This document shows positions 15,980 through 26,434 of a DNA stretch of 64,000 bases, in pieces. Source of the stretch: an uncultured Clostridia bacterium. GTDB taxonomy: Bacteria > Bacillota > Clostridia > Oscillospirales > Ruminococcaceae. Position numbers and translations under genes: made by a program. The DNA is taken from assembly GCA_947631115.1 (NCBI GenBank), contig CANRKB010000010.1:1876-65875 (forward strand), given 5' to 3'. Below the pieces are notes generated by a model that worked only from the letters and a program-made list of their open reading frames with translations, did not search any database and was not told the origin of the DNA. Numbering within the stretch: position 1 is the first letter of the stretch; every line of letters starts with the position of its first letter.

Positions 15980-18577
15980 ATGAATCCAAACAAGATGACC
16001 AAAAAGTCAATAGAAGCCGTTCAAGGCGCGCAGGACGTTTCGGTTTCCTATCAGAACAACTGCGTAGAGCAAATGCACTTGCTCTATGCGCTCTTAAACG
16101 ACGAGGGCGGACTTTGCCCGCAGATACTCACCAAAACGGGAGTTGACGCAAGCGGCGTAAGAACGGCGGCGCTTCGTTTTATCGAGGGCATGCCGCGCGT
16201 TTCGGGAAGCGGCAGAGAAGCGGGAAAGATCTATATTTCCCCCGACCTTGATAAGGCGTTTTCGGAAGCCGAAGCAATGGCGGAGAGAATGAAAGACGAT
16301 TATGTGTCTGTAGAACATCTGCTGATGGCGCTTATTGAAAAGGCTGACAGCGGCGTTTCGGGGATAATAAAGAGCTTCGGAATCGACAAAAACAAGCTCC
16401 TCAAAGCTCTTCAGGAAATACGCGGAAATCAGCGCGTCACTTCCCAAGACCCCGAGGACACCTATGACGTTCTTAGAAAATACGGACAGGATCTTGTCGA
16501 ACTTGCCCGCCAGAACAAGCTTGACCCCGTTATCGGGCGCGACAGCGAGATAAGAAACGTTATCCGCATACTGTCGCGAAAGACCAAAAACAACCCCTGT
16601 CTTATCGGCGAGCCGGGCGTAGGAAAAACGGCTATCGCCGAGGGGCTGGCGCTCAGAATAGTGCGCGGGGACGTTCCCTCAAACCTAAAGGACAGAAAGC
16701 TCTTTTCGCTCGATATGGGCGCGCTTATCGCGGGTGCTAAATATCAGGGAGAATTTGAGGAGCGCTTAAAGGCTGTCTTAAACGAGATAAAAAAGAGCGA
16801 GGGACAGATAATTCTCTTTATCGACGAGCTTCATCTTATTGTCGGAGCGGGAAAATCGAGCGGCGCAATGGACGCGGGAAACCTTTTAAAGCCCATGCTT
16901 GCGCGCGGAGAATTGCACTGTATAGGGGCTACAACTCTTGACGAGTATTCAAAGTACATCGAAAAAGATCCCGCGCTTGAACGCCGCTTCCAGAAAGTGC
17001 TTGTAGACGAGCCGACGGTTGAAGATACCGTTTCAATTCTGCGCGGACTTAAAGAAAGGTACGAAGTTTTTCACGGCGTTAAAATTCAGGACAACGCCAT
17101 AATTGCCGCCGCGACAATGTCCGACCGCTATATAACCGACAGATTTCTTCCCGACAAGGCTATAGACCTTATAGACGAAGCCTGCGCAATGATAAGAACG
17201 GAAATGGAGAGCATGCCCGCGGAGCTTGATGAAATTTCGAGGAGCATTCTGCAGCTTGAAATTGAGGAAACCGCGCTTAAAAAGGAAACCGACGCGCTGT
17301 CGCAGGAACATCTTGCGGAGCTTCAGAAAGAGCTTGCCGAAAAGCGCGAGAAGTTCTCCGCAATGAAAGCGAAGTGGGAAAACGAAAAGAACGCCATTTC
17401 CAAAGTACAAGACCTGCGCAAGGAAATCGAGCAGACAAACGCCGACATTGAAAAAGCAAAGCGCGAGTATAACATGAACAAAGCCGCCGAGCTTATGTAC
17501 GGAAAGCTCCCGAAATTGCAGGCGGATCTTAAAACCGAAGAAGAGCTTGCAGAACAGGCAAAGTCCGATTCGCTACTGCGCGACAAGGTAACGGACGACG
17601 AAATTGCGCTCATAATCGCCAGAAGAACGGGTATCCCCGTAGATAAGCTCGCAGAGGGCGAACGTGAAAAAATACTGCGCCTCTCCGACACTCTCCACAA
17701 ACGCGTTATGGGTCAGGACGAGGCTGTAGAGCGCGTAAGCGAAAGCATTATGCGTTCTAGAGCGGGAATAAACGATCCGAGAAAACCGCTGGGCTCGTTC
17801 TTGTTCTTAGGTCCTACGGGCGTAGGAAAAACGGAGCTTGCAAAGTCGCTCGCCGAAGCGCTGTTCGACGATGAGAAAAACCTCATTCGCCTTGACATGA
17901 GCGAGTATATGGAAAAGCACACGGTTTCGCGTCTTATCGGCGCGCCTCCCGGATATGTCGGATATGAAGAGGGCGGACAACTGACCGACGCCGTCCGCAG
18001 AAAACCTTATTCCGTGGTGCTTTTCGACGAGGTGGAAAAGGCTCACCCCGATGTGTTCAACGTTCTTTTGCAGGTGCTTGACGATGGAAGAATAACCGAC
18101 AGCCAAGGGCGGCTCATTGATTTCAAGAACACGATAATCATACTCACCTCGAATTTAGGCTCGCAGTTTATTCTTGAGGGCATTGACGAAAACGGCGAAA
18201 TAACCGAAGAAGCGAGGAATAATGTCGAAGCTTTGCTTAAACGCTCGTTCAGACCCGAATTTTTGAACAGGCTCGACGAGATAGTATTCTACAAACCGCT
18301 GTCAAAGGAAAATATCTTCGGCATAATCGACATTCAGGCGAACGACCTTGCAAAGCGCCTCAAAGAAAAACAGCTCGGTCTGGAGATAACCGAAGAAGCC
18401 AAGCAGTTTATCGTTGACGAGAGCTACGACCCCGCGTTCGGCGCAAGACCGCTAAAGCGCTATATGCAGCGCAATCTTGAAACCCTTATCGCAAAGGAAA
18501 TTCTGGAGAACAAACTCCACCAGGGCGATACGATAAAGGTCGGCACAATGGACGGAAAACTTGCTATTATCCGATAA
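15980..18577 (+). CDS. clpB: ATP-dependent chaperone ClpB
   Basis: 865 aa. Clp N domain, two AAA+ modules ([18 protein letters not shown]) and a long coiled-coil middle domain. Confidence 0.95.
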   Translation: MNPNKMTKKSIEAVQGAQDVSVSYQNNCVEQMHLLYALLNDEGGLCPQILTKTGVDASGVRTAALRFIEGMPRVSGSGREAGKIYISPDLDKAFSEAEAMAERMKDDYVSVEHLLMALIEKADSGVSGIIKSFGIDKNKLLKALQEIRGNQRVTSQDPEDTYDVLRKYGQDLVELARQNKLDPVIGRDSEIRNVIRILSRKTKNNPCLIGEPGVGKTAIAEGLALRIVRGDVPSNLKDRKLFSLDMGALIAGAKYQGEFEERLKAVLNEIKKSEGQIILFIDELHLIVGAGKSSGAMDAGNLLKPMLARGELHCIGATTLDEYSKYIEKDPALERRFQKVLVDEPTVEDTVSILRGLKERYEVFHGVKIQDNAIIAAATMSDRYITDRFLPDKAIDLIDEACAMIRTEMESMPAELDEISRSILQLEIEETALKKETDALSQEHLAELQKELAEKREKFSAMKAKWENEKNAISKVQDLRKEIEQTNADIEKAKREYNMNKAAELMYGKLPKLQADLKTEEELAEQAKSDSLLRDKVTDDEIALIIARRTGIPVDKLAEGEREKILRLSDTLHKRVMGQDEAVERVSESIMRSRAGINDPRKPLGSFLFLGPTGVGKTELAKSLAEALFDDEKNLIRLDMSEYMEKHTVSRLIGAPPGYVGYEEGGQLTDAVRRKPYSVVLFDEVEKAHPDVFNVLLQVLDDGRITDSQGRLIDFKNTIIILTSNLGSQFILEGIDENGEITEEARNNVEALLKRSFRPEFLNRLDEIVFYKPLSKENIFGIIDIQANDLAKRLKEKQLGLEITEEAKQFIVDESYDPAFGARPLKRYMQRNLETLIAKEILENKLHQGDTIKVGTMDGKLAIIR

Positions 18578-18583
18578 AACAAC

Positions 18584-18620
18584 AAAAGCGCTGTTCTTTG
18601 CGGACAGCGCTTTTTATTTT
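18584..18620. terminator. Bidirectional terminator between clpB and the convergent zinc-ribbon gene
   Basis: AAAAGCGCTGT-TCTTTGCGG-ACAGCGCTTTTTATTTT. Confidence 0.75.
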
Positions 18621-18629
18621 ATTCTAATT

Positions 18630-20231
18630 TTACTTGTTTATGCCCATTATGATTATTACAATTATTGCAATTATCAGCGCTATGACCGCCGCAGCAAACA
18701 ACCCCACGGGAACGCCTTTCTTCTGCGGTACGGGCGGCTGTTCAACGGTTTGAGCGGGTTCTTCCTTACTGACAGGCTCGTCGGGCTGAACAGCGGGAAC
18801 AGGCGCGACGGGCTGAACGGGAGTTATGGGCGGCGCGGGTGGTGCAGTCGGCGCAGTCGGTTCAACAAGCTGCTCTGTCGGCTGAGGAATAACGGGAGCT
18901 TCTTCAACTACGGTTTCTTCAGCTACTTGTTCTGTAATAGGTTCTTCAATTGCTTGCTCCGCAACCGGTTCTTCAACTTCTTGCTCCGCAACCGGTTCTT
19001 CAACTTCTTGCTCCGCAACCGGTTCTTCAACTGCCTGCTCCGCAACCGGTTCTTCAATTGCCTGCTCCACTACCGGTCCTTCAACTGCCTGCTCCGCAAC
19101 GGGTTCTTCAATTGCCTGCTCCGCAACCGGTTCTTCAACTGCCTGCTCCGCAACGGGTTCTTCAATTGCCTGCTCCGCAACGGGTTCTTCAACTTCTTGC
19201 TCCGCTACGGGTTCTTCAACTTCCTGCTCCGCAACCGGTTCTTCAACTGCCTGCTCCGCAACCGGTTCTTCAACTTCCTGCTCCGCAACCGGTTCTTCAA
19301 CTGCCTGCTCCGCTACGGGTTCTTCAACTTCCTGCTCCGCAACCGGTTCTTCAACTGCTTGCTCCGCAACCGGTTCTTCAACTTCCTGCTCCGCAACCGG
19401 TTCTTCAACTTCTTGCTCCGCAACCGGTTCTTCAACTTCCTGCTCCGCAACCGGTTCTTCAATTGCCTGCTCCGCAACGGGTTCTTCAACTGCCTGCTCC
19501 GCAACCGGTTCTTCAATTGCCTGCTCCGCTACGGGTTCTTCAACTTCTTTCTCCGCAACGGGTTCTTGTTCTTCAACTGCTTTTACAACAGGCTCATCAT
19601 AGACCGACGGCTGAATGTCGGGTTCAGCAGCAAGCGCCGCAAAGTTATCGGACATTCCAGCAAAAGTAACGGGTTCTACTGTAACAGGCTCGGCGGCTGC
19701 GGCTTTAGGCTGCTCAGGCATAGTCTGTTCGTTTTCAAGTGAAACATCGTCCATAGAGCCGCCAAGAAAACGATATGGGTCAAGTATAACGTCAAGCTCG
19801 GCGTTTTCTTCCATAGAACAACCGTCTATAACGGGGATGTTGTCCGTGATTTCAACGTTTTCCGCGCCGTCGCTCATTGAAAAGTTTTCAACGCGCATTT
19901 CGTCGCCCTTTTTCGGAGCTTTCTGACGCACGCGCCCCGTTGACAAATCGACCGCCTCAATAGTCGGAACTTGAAAACCCTCCGCGCCAAACGCGTTTAT
20001 TGCTCCCGAAACCGCCGAAACGGCTTCTTCGGAAAAGCTGTTCGTTCCGAAAAGATCCGCTTCGCCCAAAGCGCCGTAGGGCGCGTCGCTTCTGTCCAGC
20101 TCGGCAGGATCGGCAGTGTTCTGCTGTACGGGAGGCTTTTTCGGAAATCTTCCTACAGGCACCGGCGTGCCGCACTCCATACAGAACAAACTTCCGTCAA
20201 TCAGCTTTTTACCGCAATTTCCGCAAAACAT
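18630..20231 (-). CDS. Zinc-ribbon membrane protein with about 23 acidic nonapeptide repeats and a C-terminal TM anchor
   Basis: The track start at 20303 is the TTG of the -35 box. The real start is ATG 20231 (MFCGNCGKKL...CMECG) behind a GGGGGA SD. Repeats are EEPVAEQ(A/E)(V/I). The tail is GLFAAAVIALIIAIIVIIIMGINK. Confidence 0.8.
   Translation of the reverse strand: MFCGNCGKKLIDGSLFCMECGTPVPVGRFPKKPPVQQNTADPAELDRSDAPYGALGEADLFGTNSFSEEAVSAVSGAINAFGAEGFQVPTIEAVDLSTGRVRQKAPKKGDEMRVENFSMSDGAENVEITDNIPVIDGCSMEENAELDVILDPYRFLGGSMDDVSLENEQTMPEQPKAAAAEPVTVEPVTFAGMSDNFAALAAEPDIQPSVYDEPVVKAVEEQEPVAEKEVEEPVAEQAIEEPVAEQAVEEPVAEQAIEEPVAEQEVEEPVAEQEVEEPVAEQEVEEPVAEQAVEEPVAEQEVEEPVAEQAVEEPVAEQEVEEPVAEQAVEEPVAEQEVEEPVAEQEVEEPVAEQAIEEPVAEQAVEEPVAEQAIEEPVAEQAVEGPVVEQAIEEPVAEQAVEEPVAEQEVEEPVAEQEVEEPVAEQAIEEPITEQVAEETVVEEAPVIPQPTEQLVEPTAPTAPPAPPITPVQPVAPVPAVQPDEPVSKEEPAQTVEQPPVPQKKGVPVGLFAAAVIALIIAIIVIIIMGINK
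18938..19572 (-). repeat. 27-bp in-frame tandem repeat (about 23.5 units)
   Basis: Units of GGTTCTTCAA(C/T)T(G/T)C(C/T)TGCTCCGCAAC(C/G). They encode EEPVAEQAV/EEPVAEQEV/EEPVAEQAI on the minus strand. Confidence 0.9.
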
Positions 20232-20274
20232 ATGTATTCCCCCGTTACTGACAAAGCACAAAATTACTAATCTT

Positions 20275-20303
20275 ATTATACAATATTTAAAGCGTGATGT
20301 CAA
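20275..20303 (-). promoter_or_regulatory. Consensus promoter of the repeat-protein gene
   Basis: Minus strand TTGACA (20303-20298), 17 nt, TATAAT (20280-20275). Confidence 0.65.
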
Positions 20304-20423
20304 TTGAATTTATGAAAATTGTACAATTGATTAAAAGAACACGTCCGTTTTTGTGCTAATCCACTGAAAAAATCACCGCATAAGAACTTTCTTATGCGGT
20401 GATTTAATCATTTTGTTTATCAA

Positions 20424-21122
20424 TTACAGCCCTGCAAAGTACAACCCTGCGAAAATTCCCGCGGCAATTGCAAAGACCGCCGTTGAAACAAGGCACATCA
20501 TAAGATGAACAAACGTATATTTGCGCTCGGGTTCTTTCTTTGCTGAAATGTCGGGAACGTTGGAAACATCGGGAACGTTCGCCGTAGGTGCGGGCATAAC
20601 GGGCGTTTCAAGCTGTTTTCCCGTTGCGCTGTTTACGGTTTCATCGGGGCGCTCCGAAAGCGCCTGCCCTGAAACAGGCTGCATTGGTTGGATCGGAGTC
20701 TGCCCCAAAAGCTCTGTTGCCGCCTGCTCAAGGGGTTTAACAAGTTCAACCGGCTGAACCGGTTCAACCGCCTCTTCCGCTTTTTGAACAACGGGTTCGG
20801 AAATCTGCTGTTCAACCGCTTGTTCTATAAGATCAGTTGCCTGCTCAACGGGCTGCGTTTGTTGAACTCGTTGAACTTGTTCAACAGGTTCTTCCGCTTT
20901 TTGAATAACGGGTTCGGAGATCTGTTGTTCAACTTTTTCCTGCTCAACCGTCTGCCCCATAAGATTAGCCGCCGCCTGCTCGACAGGCTGAACTTGTTCA
21001 ACCGGCTGAACCGGCTCTACGGGTTGAGCGGGTCTTATAACGCTTCCCGAAACGGGTTTTCCGCAAAAGCTGCAAAATCTTGCGCTGTCGTTAAGTTGCT
21101 TTCCGCAATAAGAACAAAACAT
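20424..21122 (-). CDS. Zinc-ribbon membrane protein, P/Q/V/E-rich, C-terminal TM anchor (paralogous architecture)
   Basis: 232 aa. MFCSYCGKQL...CSFCGKPV. Degenerate repeats VEPVQPVEQ. Tail LMMCLVSTAVFAIAAGIFAGLYFAGL. Terminator at 20371-20410. Confidence 0.75.
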   Translation of the reverse strand: MFCSYCGKQLNDSARFCSFCGKPVSGSVIRPAQPVEPVQPVEQVQPVEQAAANLMGQTVEQEKVEQQISEPVIQKAEEPVEQVQRVQQTQPVEQATDLIEQAVEQQISEPVVQKAEEAVEPVQPVELVKPLEQAATELLGQTPIQPMQPVSGQALSERPDETVNSATGKQLETPVMPAPTANVPDVSNVPDISAKKEPERKYTFVHLMMCLVSTAVFAIAAGIFAGLYFAGL

Positions 21123-21145
21123 AATTTAAACCTTCCTTTAAAATC

Positions 21146-21958
21146 TTAAACCGAGACTTGCTCTTTGTTCTGAATGTTCCTGAAATAATCAAACAGATAC
21201 TGCTGGGCTACGCCCTCTATGCCTTTTGCACATTCGGGAAGTCCGCTTGGAAAATATTCGCTCATTATCCGCTTTATCCAAACGTCTTTCGGAAACGCGC
21301 CAAGCTTGTGAAACGCAAATAACAGCACGCAGTCCGCTACTTTATCCCCCACGCCCACTATGGTTTTAAGCTTTTCCCTTGCGGGATCGAGCGCCAGCGC
21401 GTCTATCTCCTCAAAGTTTATTTCCCCGCGGTTTATCTTTGAAACCGCGTCTGCTATATACCTTGCGCGAAAGCCCGCTCTCAGCTCCGCGAGGTCGCCC
21501 TCTTCAATGCCCCTCAAAGCTTCGGCTGTCGGAAAAGCATAGCCGCCCGCTATCTTCTCTCCGAACTTTTCGCAAAACCGCGAGATAATTCCCGAAATGC
21601 GGGGAATATTGTTGTTCTGGGAGATGATAAAACTAAGAAGCGTTTCAAACGGTTCCTGCTTTAAGATCCTTATGCCCCGCGATGCCCCGCAGGCTTTTTT
21701 CAGCGTTTCATCTTTTGAAAGCCGCGCTATGTATTCATTATAATCCGCATTAAGGTCGAAATACCCGCTATAGAATTTCTTTTCGGCTTTCGGCACGCCG
21801 TCAATTTCTACCGTGTCGCCTTTTTGAGTTACGGTCAGTTTCCGCCCGCGGACAATGCCCGTAAAATTCCCGCTTTCGTCCCCGCTCCAGCGGAAACACT
21901 GTCCGCAAAGAAAAGTGCGGGCGGGAGAAAGCTCGCTTATAGTTGTTATGATTTTCAA
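21146..21958 (-). CDS. ogg: 8-oxoguanine DNA glycosylase/AP lyase (Ogg, HhH-GPD)
   Basis: 270 aa. HhH-GPD region VGVGDKVADCVLLFAF..L.AFP.DVWI. Confidence 0.8.
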   Translation of the reverse strand: MKIITTISELSPARTFLCGQCFRWSGDESGNFTGIVRGRKLTVTQKGDTVEIDGVPKAEKKFYSGYFDLNADYNEYIARLSKDETLKKACGASRGIRILKQEPFETLLSFIISQNNNIPRISGIISRFCEKFGEKIAGGYAFPTAEALRGIEEGDLAELRAGFRARYIADAVSKINRGEINFEEIDALALDPAREKLKTIVGVGDKVADCVLLFAFHKLGAFPKDVWIKRIMSEYFPSGLPECAKGIEGVAQQYLFDYFRNIQNKEQVSV

Positions 21959-22085
21959 AATTTTTCAAAAACCCCTTGATTATTTACTTTAATTATAATA
22001 TAATTTTATTGGGATTTCAAGTGTTTTCTTGCTTTTTTCACCAACCCGACACAAAATTTTCTCTTACAAACGGAGGACAGGAAAA

Positions 22086-22805
22086 GTGAAAAAGAATATT
22101 CTTACTATCCGCGTAGACGACATCTTCGGGCAGAAATGCGGCTGCCCTATCTGCCTTACAAAAAAGATCTCCGAGGAAAACTCCTGCGAATATATTGCGG
22201 GATCGGCTATGATGACGCCCGAAATACGCATTGAAACAAACAAGCTGGGCTTTTGCGAAAGGCATTTCGACATGCTCCTTGAAACGGGCGCAAGGCTTCC
22301 TATTGCTCTTATACTAAGCACCCACCTCGACGAGATAGAAGCCAAAGCCTATGAAGCCGAGCCTGCTTTCGGAAAAAACGCCAAAGCCGAGCGCGGCGCG
22401 GAATTTGAAAAGAGTTGTTATGTCTGCTCGCGTATGAACGACGACCTCGACCGATTTTTACACGGAATGTTTAAAATGTACGCGGAGGACGAGAATTTCC
22501 GAAAGCTGTTTTCCGAGCAGGAATACATCTGCTTTCCGCATAGAAATCTTCTCTTAAACAACGCCCGAAAGTATCTCAAAAAGGACATGCTTAAACAGTT
22601 TTCACAAGAGACCGAGCGGCTCTCAAAGGAAAGGCTGAAACTTATAAGAAGCGGACTCGAAGAGCTTTGCAGGAGCTTTGACTACAGAAATGTCGGAAAG
22701 CCTCTTTCCGAAAACGCCGAAGTGTCTCCCGAAAACGCGGTTTGCTTTTTAACGGGAAGGCAGACGGAGAGCGAAATAAAGATAATGAAAGACAGAGAAG
22801 AATAA
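22086..22805 (+). CDS. Uncharacterised Cys-rich protein (CPIC and CYVC motifs)
   Basis: ORF is 22029-22805. GTG 22086 is preferred because of the GGAGGA SD. I could assign no confident family. Confidence 0.6.
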   Translation: MKKNILTIRVDDIFGQKCGCPICLTKKISEENSCEYIAGSAMMTPEIRIETNKLGFCERHFDMLLETGARLPIALILSTHLDEIEAKAYEAEPAFGKNAKAERGAEFEKSCYVCSRMNDDLDRFLHGMFKMYAEDENFRKLFSEQEYICFPHRNLLLNNARKYLKKDMLKQFSQETERLSKERLKLIRSGLEELCRSFDYRNVGKPLSENAEVSPENAVCFLTGRQTESEIKIMKDREE

Positions 22806-22822
22806 CTCTATCAGAGGTATTT

Positions 22823-23836
22823 ATGGATATATTAGCAATAGAAAGCTCCTGCGACGAAACTGCCGCGGCGGTTGTGCGCGACGGGCGGGAAATAATTTCC
22901 TCGGTCGTAGCAACGCAAATTGAAGAACACCGTCTATACGGCGGAGTTGTTCCCGAAATCGCTTCCAGGCGGCACTGCGAGAGCATTTGCGGAGTAGCGT
23001 CCGAGGCGCTCGAAAAAGCGGGAATGGCGGCGAAAGACGTTGACGCAATAGCGGTGTCGTTTGCGCCGGGGCTTGTGGGAGCGCTTCTTGTGGGAGTTAA
23101 TTTCGCAAAGGGACTTGCGTTTTCGCTCGGAAAACCGCTTATCCCCGTTCATCACATAAGAGGGCATATCGCGGCGAATTATCTCGCGCACAAAGAGCTT
23201 GAGCCGCCCTATATGTGCCTTGTCGTTTCGGGAAGTCACTCGCACATCGTAAAAGTAAAAAGCCACACCGAGTTTGAAACGCTCGGAAGAACTATAGACG
23301 ACGCGGCGGGAGAAGCCTTTGACAAAGCCGCGAGAGCTATGGGCTTTCCCTATCCCGGAGGGGTCTTTATCGACAGCGCCGCAAAGCTCGGCGACAGCTC
23401 GAAATATAAGCTCCCGCGTCCCCATACGCCTAATCCATATGATTTCAGCTTTTCGGGGCTTAAAACCGCCGTTTTAAACCTTATCCACAACACCGAACAG
23501 CGCGGAGAAGAAATTGACGTAAATTCTCTCTCGGCTTGCTTTCAAGAAACAGTGTGCGAAATGCTGACGGAAAAATTCATTTCCGCCGCAGTTGAAAACA
23601 GCTATAAGACAATCGCCGTAGCAGGCGGCGTCGCCGCAAACAGCGGACTGCGCTCGGCTTTGTCGAAAGCCGCCGAAGAACACGGTATGACGCTTTTCGC
23701 GCCGCCGCTGTCGCTTTGCGGAGACAATGCCGCGATGATAGGCTGTCAGGGGTATTATGAGTTTATGGCGGGAAATATTGCAAAGACTAACCTAAACGCT
23801 TATGCGACCATGCCGCTCGACGAGGTGGAATTCTGA
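22823..23836 (+). CDS. tsaD: tRNA N6-adenosine threonylcarbamoyltransferase TsaD
   Basis: Starts at MDILAIESSCDETAAAV (ATG 22823), not at the track's 22742. Has the GVVPE..SRRH motif. Confidence 0.93.
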   Translation: MDILAIESSCDETAAAVVRDGREIISSVVATQIEEHRLYGGVVPEIASRRHCESICGVASEALEKAGMAAKDVDAIAVSFAPGLVGALLVGVNFAKGLAFSLGKPLIPVHHIRGHIAANYLAHKELEPPYMCLVVSGSHSHIVKVKSHTEFETLGRTIDDAAGEAFDKAARAMGFPYPGGVFIDSAAKLGDSSKYKLPRPHTPNPYDFSFSGLKTAVLNLIHNTEQRGEEIDVNSLSACFQETVCEMLTEKFISAAVENSYKTIAVAGGVAANSGLRSALSKAAEEHGMTLFAPPLSLCGDNAAMIGCQGYYEFMAGNIAKTNLNAYATMPLDEVEF

Positions 23837-24348
23837 TGAAAAACATTGTGCTTATCGGAATGCCCGCGGCGGGAAAATCGACAATAGGCGTTCTGCTGGC
23901 AAAATCGCTGGGCTTTGAGTTTATCGACACCGACCTTATTATTCAAAAGCAAACGGGCAGGCTCTTGCAGGATATAATCGACAGCGACGGGCTTGACGCC
24001 TTTTGCATAGCCGAAGAACGCGCGATACTCTCGGTTTCGGAAACGGAAAACGCCGTTATCGCAACAGGCGGAAGCGCGGTCTACAGCAGAGAAGCCATGC
24101 TGTATCTAAAGAAAAACGGAGCTGTATATTATCTGTCGCTTCCGTCCGAGGAACTTCTACCGCGCCTTAAAAACATAAAAACGCGCGGCATAGCCATGCG
24201 CAAGGGTCAGAGCGTAGAAGAGGTCTTTAAAAACAGGCGCGCGCTTTACGAAGAATATTGCGATATTGAAGTCGATTGTCACAAAAAGACCGCCGAGGAA
24301 ACAGTAGCCGAGATAGCCGATTATCATAAAATGATAGGAGCAAAGTAA
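23836..24348 (+). CDS. aroK: Shikimate kinase
   Basis: 170 aa. GMPAAGKSTIG Walker A and the FIDTD motif. ATGA overlap with tsaD. Confidence 0.88.
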   Translation: MKNIVLIGMPAAGKSTIGVLLAKSLGFEFIDTDLIIQKQTGRLLQDIIDSDGLDAFCIAEERAILSVSETENAVIATGGSAVYSREAMLYLKKNGAVYYLSLPSEELLPRLKNIKTRGIAMRKGQSVEEVFKNRRALYEEYCDIEVDCHKKTAEETVAEIADYHKMIGAK

Positions 24349-24349
24349 A

Positions 24350-25414
24350 ATGTTCGAAGAGTTAACTACCGAAAACAACAAGCCCGCCGACCTGAGCGAA
24401 GGGTTTAAGTCGGTGAGCTTAAAGCTCGGCATTATGATAATAGTCATCTTCTGCGCGAGAGGAATTGCCGAGATAATTTTAAGTTTAGCCGCCGACGCGC
24501 TCGATAACGCCGAGATTACCACGGCTTATATTATAAGAACGCTTGTGTCCGTTTTATTTTTGAACGTTATTCCCATTGCGCTTACGCTTATTGTTTTCAA
24601 AAAGCCGATAAGCGAAGTCGGCAGAACGAGCTATAAAAAGCCCAAGTATTTCGGAAGCGCTCTCGGAACATTCCCCGCTCTTTATGCAGCGGGAATGGTG
24701 ACAAATCTCATCACCATGTTCATCTCTCAGTTTTTTAAACAAACGGACGTAAACGAGAGCTTCAATACCGCGAACAGTTTTGCCGCGCCGAATTTCACCT
24801 GCGGGCTGATATTGTTCTTTCAGATGGCGATACTTGCGCCGATAGTGGAGGAATTCTGGTTCAGAGGAATAGTCCTCGAAAGTATGCGCCCATACGGAAA
24901 CGGCGTTGCGATTTTCATTTCGGGGCTTTTGTTCGGGCTTACTCATGCGAATTTCGCGCAGTTCTTCTATGCCACCATTCTGGGAATTTGCCTGGGATAT
25001 ATCGCCGTTTCAACTAAAAGCGTCATTACAACGACCGTTCTCCACGCCATGTTCAACAGCGTCGCGGCGCTTCTGCTGCTGCTTATTACGGATAAGAGCG
25101 TGGGGGATTATATCCTTGCGACGGCGTCGGGCAGGCAGGCGGAGATAACTCCCGCGGTAGGAATTTATATCGGACTTATGGCGTTTATGGGCTTGCTTAT
25201 TGCAGTAGGGTTGTTTATGCTGATAGCAAAACTTACAAAGCTCAATAAATATCATGTTCCGAAAGTACAAGAGGAGCTTTCGCCCGCAAAACGCTGGGGG
25301 ATATTCTTTTCGAGCGTTACGGTAATAATCGGCTTTTTGCTTGCGGCGGACACCTTTACCTTTCAGTTTATACCGAACGGCATCTATAGCGTTCTTTCAA
25401 AGATTATAGGATAA
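24350..25414 (+). CDS. CPBP-family intramembrane glutamic endopeptidase (CAAX protease-like)
   Basis: 354 aa. [15 protein letters not shown] and HAMFN motifs. Multi-TM. Confidence 0.85.
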   Translation: MFEELTTENNKPADLSEGFKSVSLKLGIMIIVIFCARGIAEIILSLAADALDNAEITTAYIIRTLVSVLFLNVIPIALTLIVFKKPISEVGRTSYKKPKYFGSALGTFPALYAAGMVTNLITMFISQFFKQTDVNESFNTANSFAAPNFTCGLILFFQMAILAPIVEEFWFRGIVLESMRPYGNGVAIFISGLLFGLTHANFAQFFYATILGICLGYIAVSTKSVITTTVLHAMFNSVAALLLLLITDKSVGDYILATASGRQAEITPAVGIYIGLMAFMGLLIAVGLFMLIAKLTKLNKYHVPKVQEELSPAKRWGIFFSSVTVIIGFLLAADTFTFQFIPNGIYSVLSKIIG

Positions 25415-25448
25415 TTTATCAACACTTCCGAAAAGGAGGCATTTAACT

Positions 25449-26099
25449 ATGAGTGACAATAAAGGACTGAGCCTTAAGAAAAAAGGCTGGACAGACCCTC
25501 AGACGGGAGAATACTATCCCGGGGGAAACCCCAATGAAATAAGCAAAGCTGCCGCTTCTTCGCAGAACGGCGCGTTTTCAAATCAGACGGCGTTTCCCGA
25601 ATTTTCGCAGGCGCCGCATCCCGTTGAAAATAATCAAAATCAACCAAATCAGCAAGATCAATTCAATCAGCAAAAACAGTCTTCTTCCGCAAGCGTTCAT
25701 ATAGAGCGCAACGACAATATGAAATACTGCAAGTATTGCGGAAAGCTTATACACATGGACGCTGTCATCTGCACATACTGCGGGCGGCAGGTCGAAGTCC
25801 TCAAAACCGAGCCGAATTATGTCAACCAAACGACGACCGTTATTCATACGGCCGTTCCCGCAGACATAAGACCTCTTAACAGGGTGGTGAGCCTTATTCT
25901 TTGCATTGCCATGGGAGTGCTCGGCGTTCACCGCTTTTACGAGGGCAAAGTCGGGACAGGCTTTCTCTGGCTGTTTACGGGCGGAATGTTCGGCATAGGC
26001 TGGCTGGTTGATATGATAACTCTCGCGTGCCTTAAAAGCAACGATTATTACATCGCCAAAAACGGAAGCAGAATAGAACTTCCGCAATTGCCAAAATAA
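25449..26099 (+). CDS. Zinc-ribbon + TM2-domain membrane protein
   Basis: 216 aa. Q/N-rich N-terminus, CKYCGK...CTYCG, TM2-like [33 protein letters not shown]. Confidence 0.8.
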   Translation: MSDNKGLSLKKKGWTDPQTGEYYPGGNPNEISKAAASSQNGAFSNQTAFPEFSQAPHPVENNQNQPNQQDQFNQQKQSSSASVHIERNDNMKYCKYCGKLIHMDAVICTYCGRQVEVLKTEPNYVNQTTTVIHTAVPADIRPLNRVVSLILCIAMGVLGVHRFYEGKVGTGFLWLFTGGMFGIGWLVDMITLACLKSNDYYIAKNGSRIELPQLPK

Positions 26100-26257
26100 G
26101 GAAGTTGATATAAACTTGTTAAACTAAACCATAGTTTTTGGCGCATACGGGGAAAAATGTCGCTTTTGCATAAATCTTGAAAAAATATGTGAAAAGGCTT
26201 TACTTTTTGGGGAATTTCCTGTATAATATAAAGTGAGATAAAATAATAAAAAAGTAA

Positions 26258-26386
26258 CAGACTGTATATAAAGCCCCATCTGCGGCGTCAGCGGCACTGC
26301 GGCAGGCACAAAGCCTAGCCGCAGCACCGCTTCCTAGCATCTGTGGCTTTCTCTACAGTCTGAAATTAGACTTTTTATACAGACTG
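26258..26386 (-). mobile_element. Family-1 MITE-like element, copy C (inverted)
   Basis: The reverse complement is nearly identical to copy A, including the 24-nt extension. Flanked by the perfect 6-bp direct repeat AAGTAA (26252-26257 and 26387-26392). Confidence 0.8.
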
Positions 26387-26434
26387 AAGTAAGAATGACT
26401 AGATAATAGAACGAACTGTTTTTGGGAGTAACAT

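Noticed and set aside
18561-19742. Long plus-strand ORFs (393 aa RNRFFNCLL repeats; 239 aa PQPVLQL repeats) opposite the zinc-ribbon repeat gene
   Set aside because: They are alternative-frame or antisense read-throughs of the 27-bp tandem repeat. They have no SD. The minus-strand frame has a promoter, an SD, a zinc ribbon and a TM anchor.
23481-23489. The only perfect DnaA box TTATCCACA that I saw in the window (plus an 8/9 GGTGGATAA at 2120-2128)
   Set aside because: It lies inside the tsaD coding sequence, 33 kb from dnaA. It is a single occurrence and expected by chance.
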